A DNA stretch of 62,274 nucleotides, the filler included, from Globobulimina sp. (Eukaryota), in the NCBI GenBank assembly GCA_003354225.1. It is 24 parts of 24 records of this genome, joined end to end, with 100 filler letters (N's around TTAATTAATTAA, not from the genome) between each part and the next. Parts side by side here need not be neighbours in the genome. Positions count along the whole stretch, not along the records: positions 59,779 to 62,274 come from PIVH01006329.1; 23 more parts are not named here. One strand, 5' to 3'. The position numbers and the translations under genes are program-made. Below the pieces are notes generated by a model. The model made no database searches. It worked only from the letters and a program-made list of their open reading frames with translations, and was not told the DNA's origin. Shown piece by piece: positions 60,827 to 62,274 of the stretch (within the stretch, counting starts at the first letter, position 1; each line of letters starts with the position of its first letter).

Positions 60827-62274
60827 ATGAAATGTTTTTATCTCTATTTAATAGCAGTCTGTGTCTGGTCAGCGGTTGTTGAATTTCCTGAGCCTACAGA
60901 TGAGATAACAGGGTTAAGATCAGCGGGAACAACCACAGAATCGAAACAACGGGATATATGGCGGAGAGTCTCCAAAATTGCCAACAATATACAAAAGGCC
61001 AAAGTAAAACAATATGAATGTGATGATTGTTTAAAACGAGGATCGGGTGCTGTGACCTTTCATATTTTACCAGATATAATCACACAAAAAAAGCAATATT
61101 CGCGAGGTATTGAAAATCGGATCACATATGACATTTATTCCAAGTCTGATATCCCGCAAACATTCTACAGCCAGCCATTTGTAAACGCACCAAATGATAT
61201 TATGGCTTCATTGCTTTATTCAATACAGATTAATGAAGCTCCACTGCACGATTTCGAGCAAGCCAAATCTCTGAAAAACACTGCAATGTTGACCGCAAAA
61301 CAGGAACTTTTCAAATTAGCAATACAAGCTGAACAGCCATTGTCTGCGTTGAGTGAAATCCAAGCACATTATAAAAAATCTGGCGTTGGCATTATCACAG
61401 CATATAACAAATTGAATGGCATTAATACTTTGCCCCATGTGGCAGGCGCAGATTTGACTAAATTTAAACAGAAATATGAATTAAATAAACCTTACTATTT
61501 CCGCAAAGCTGTGGGTGACATTCCAGTCATACTTTGCAATGAATACATCGATGCAGACTTATTGTGTACAAATAAATATTTACTTGTTTGGCGTAAACAA
61601 GCATCGGAATTACAAAGAAAAGTCAGAGTTGAAATAAGATATCCATTGATTCCAAACGAATTAGTGATTGCACCCACTTTATTGATTAAATATGACTCTC
61701 CCAATTTGAAAACGCACTCAATCGGTTACAAGAAATGGTGGGATTGCTCCAATCGTCAGTTGGGAATTGAAAAATGTGTATACAAATTGGACAAAGCGTT
61801 GCAGAAATTCTCTGCGAATGACCCTATTCAGGGCACTGTGCGTATTGGGAAGGGTCAGATTGCAGGGAATTGGAAAGAATGCGGCACCAAAACTTTCAGA
61901 CAGCAAAACCGCGAATTGTGCAGCATCAAATTAAAAGATATTTGGCCGTCCACAGTGACTCGGATAAAGGTCGAAATAATGCATCCACCAAAGTATGAGG
62001 GGGAATATGCGGCCATCGAATTCGAACAAGTTGCCCCAAAAGTTCATTATTTCACAACTGAACAGAGTCCCACCACGATGCAGAAAATAATGCAGGCGGT
62101 GCGGCCCTGGAAACGGGAGGAAAAAAAAATAAATTCTAAAATGAAAAATATCTGTTACGGTGATATCACAACATGCAGCAAAAAATATGCTGGCGGCACC
62201 ACTGCGCGCATTGCAGGCTCACAAACAAATCGTTTTTTGAGCAGGTTGTGGAGCAAAAGCGTCACATTAAAACT
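60827..62274 (+). CDS. Unknown secreted protein, more than 480 aa, absent from the ORF track (no stop before the window end)
   Basis: Manual translation is uninterrupted from MKCFYLYLIAVCVWSAVVEFPEP to ...SKSVTLK. The N-terminus looks like a signal peptide. Confidence 0.75.
   Translation, partial: MKCFYLYLIAVCVWSAVVEFPEPTDEITGLRSAGTTTESKQRDIWRRVSKIANNIQKAKVKQYECDDCLKRGSGAVTFHILPDIITQKKQYSRGIENRITYDIYSKSDIPQTFYSQPFVNAPNDIMASLLYSIQINEAPLHDFEQAKSLKNTAMLTAKQELFKLAIQAEQPLSALSEIQAHYKKSGVGIITAYNKLNGINTLPHVAGADLTKFKQKYELNKPYYFRKAVGDIPVILCNEYIDADLLCTNKYLLVWRKQASELQRKVRVEIRYPLIPNELVIAPTLLIKYDSPNLKTHSIGYKKWWDCSNRQLGIEKCVYKLDKALQKFSANDPIQGTVRIGKGQIAGNWKECGTKTFRQQNRELCSIKLKDIWPSTVTRIKVEIMHPPKYEGEYAAIEFEQVAPKVHYFTTEQSPTTMQKIMQAVRPWKREEKKINSKMKNICYGDITTCSKKYAGGTTARIAGSQTNRFLSRLWSKSVTLK

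Overview
This window is not one locus. It is 24 unrelated contigs of about 2.5 kb, sorted by decreasing length and joined by 23 artificial 100-nt linkers (N44-TTAATTAATTAA-N44), so synteny only holds within a contig. The DNA is AT-rich eukaryotic nuclear sequence with short GT-AG introns and the standard code. The expanded PT-repeat, orphan 7TM, kelch and BTB genes suggest a foraminifer or related rhizarian (inference). Recognisable genes include ATM kinase, porphobilinogen deaminase, M1 aminopeptidase, a Nop9-like PUF protein, a TFIIIC TPR subunit, a WDR81-like WD40 protein, a peroxisomal acyl-CoA ligase, a BBE-like FAD oxidase, GST, JmjN, SAM, BTB and F-box/SMI1 proteins, plus non-LTR retrotransposon fragments and a MITE-like element. 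The best finding is at 9179-10304. Four small ORFs splice in frame into one protein with a Gly2 N-terminus, a globin domain and an RGS domain. It lies head-to-head, 56 bp from a 7TM receptor-like gene, and is a candidate haem/O2-gated G-protein signalling module. Other notable points are a LINE family with a conserved ~100-aa insertion inside RT and a C-terminal RNase H, a spliced Gag-like gene, and repeated 55-59 bp bidirectional spacers. All domain calls are by eye; no searches were run.
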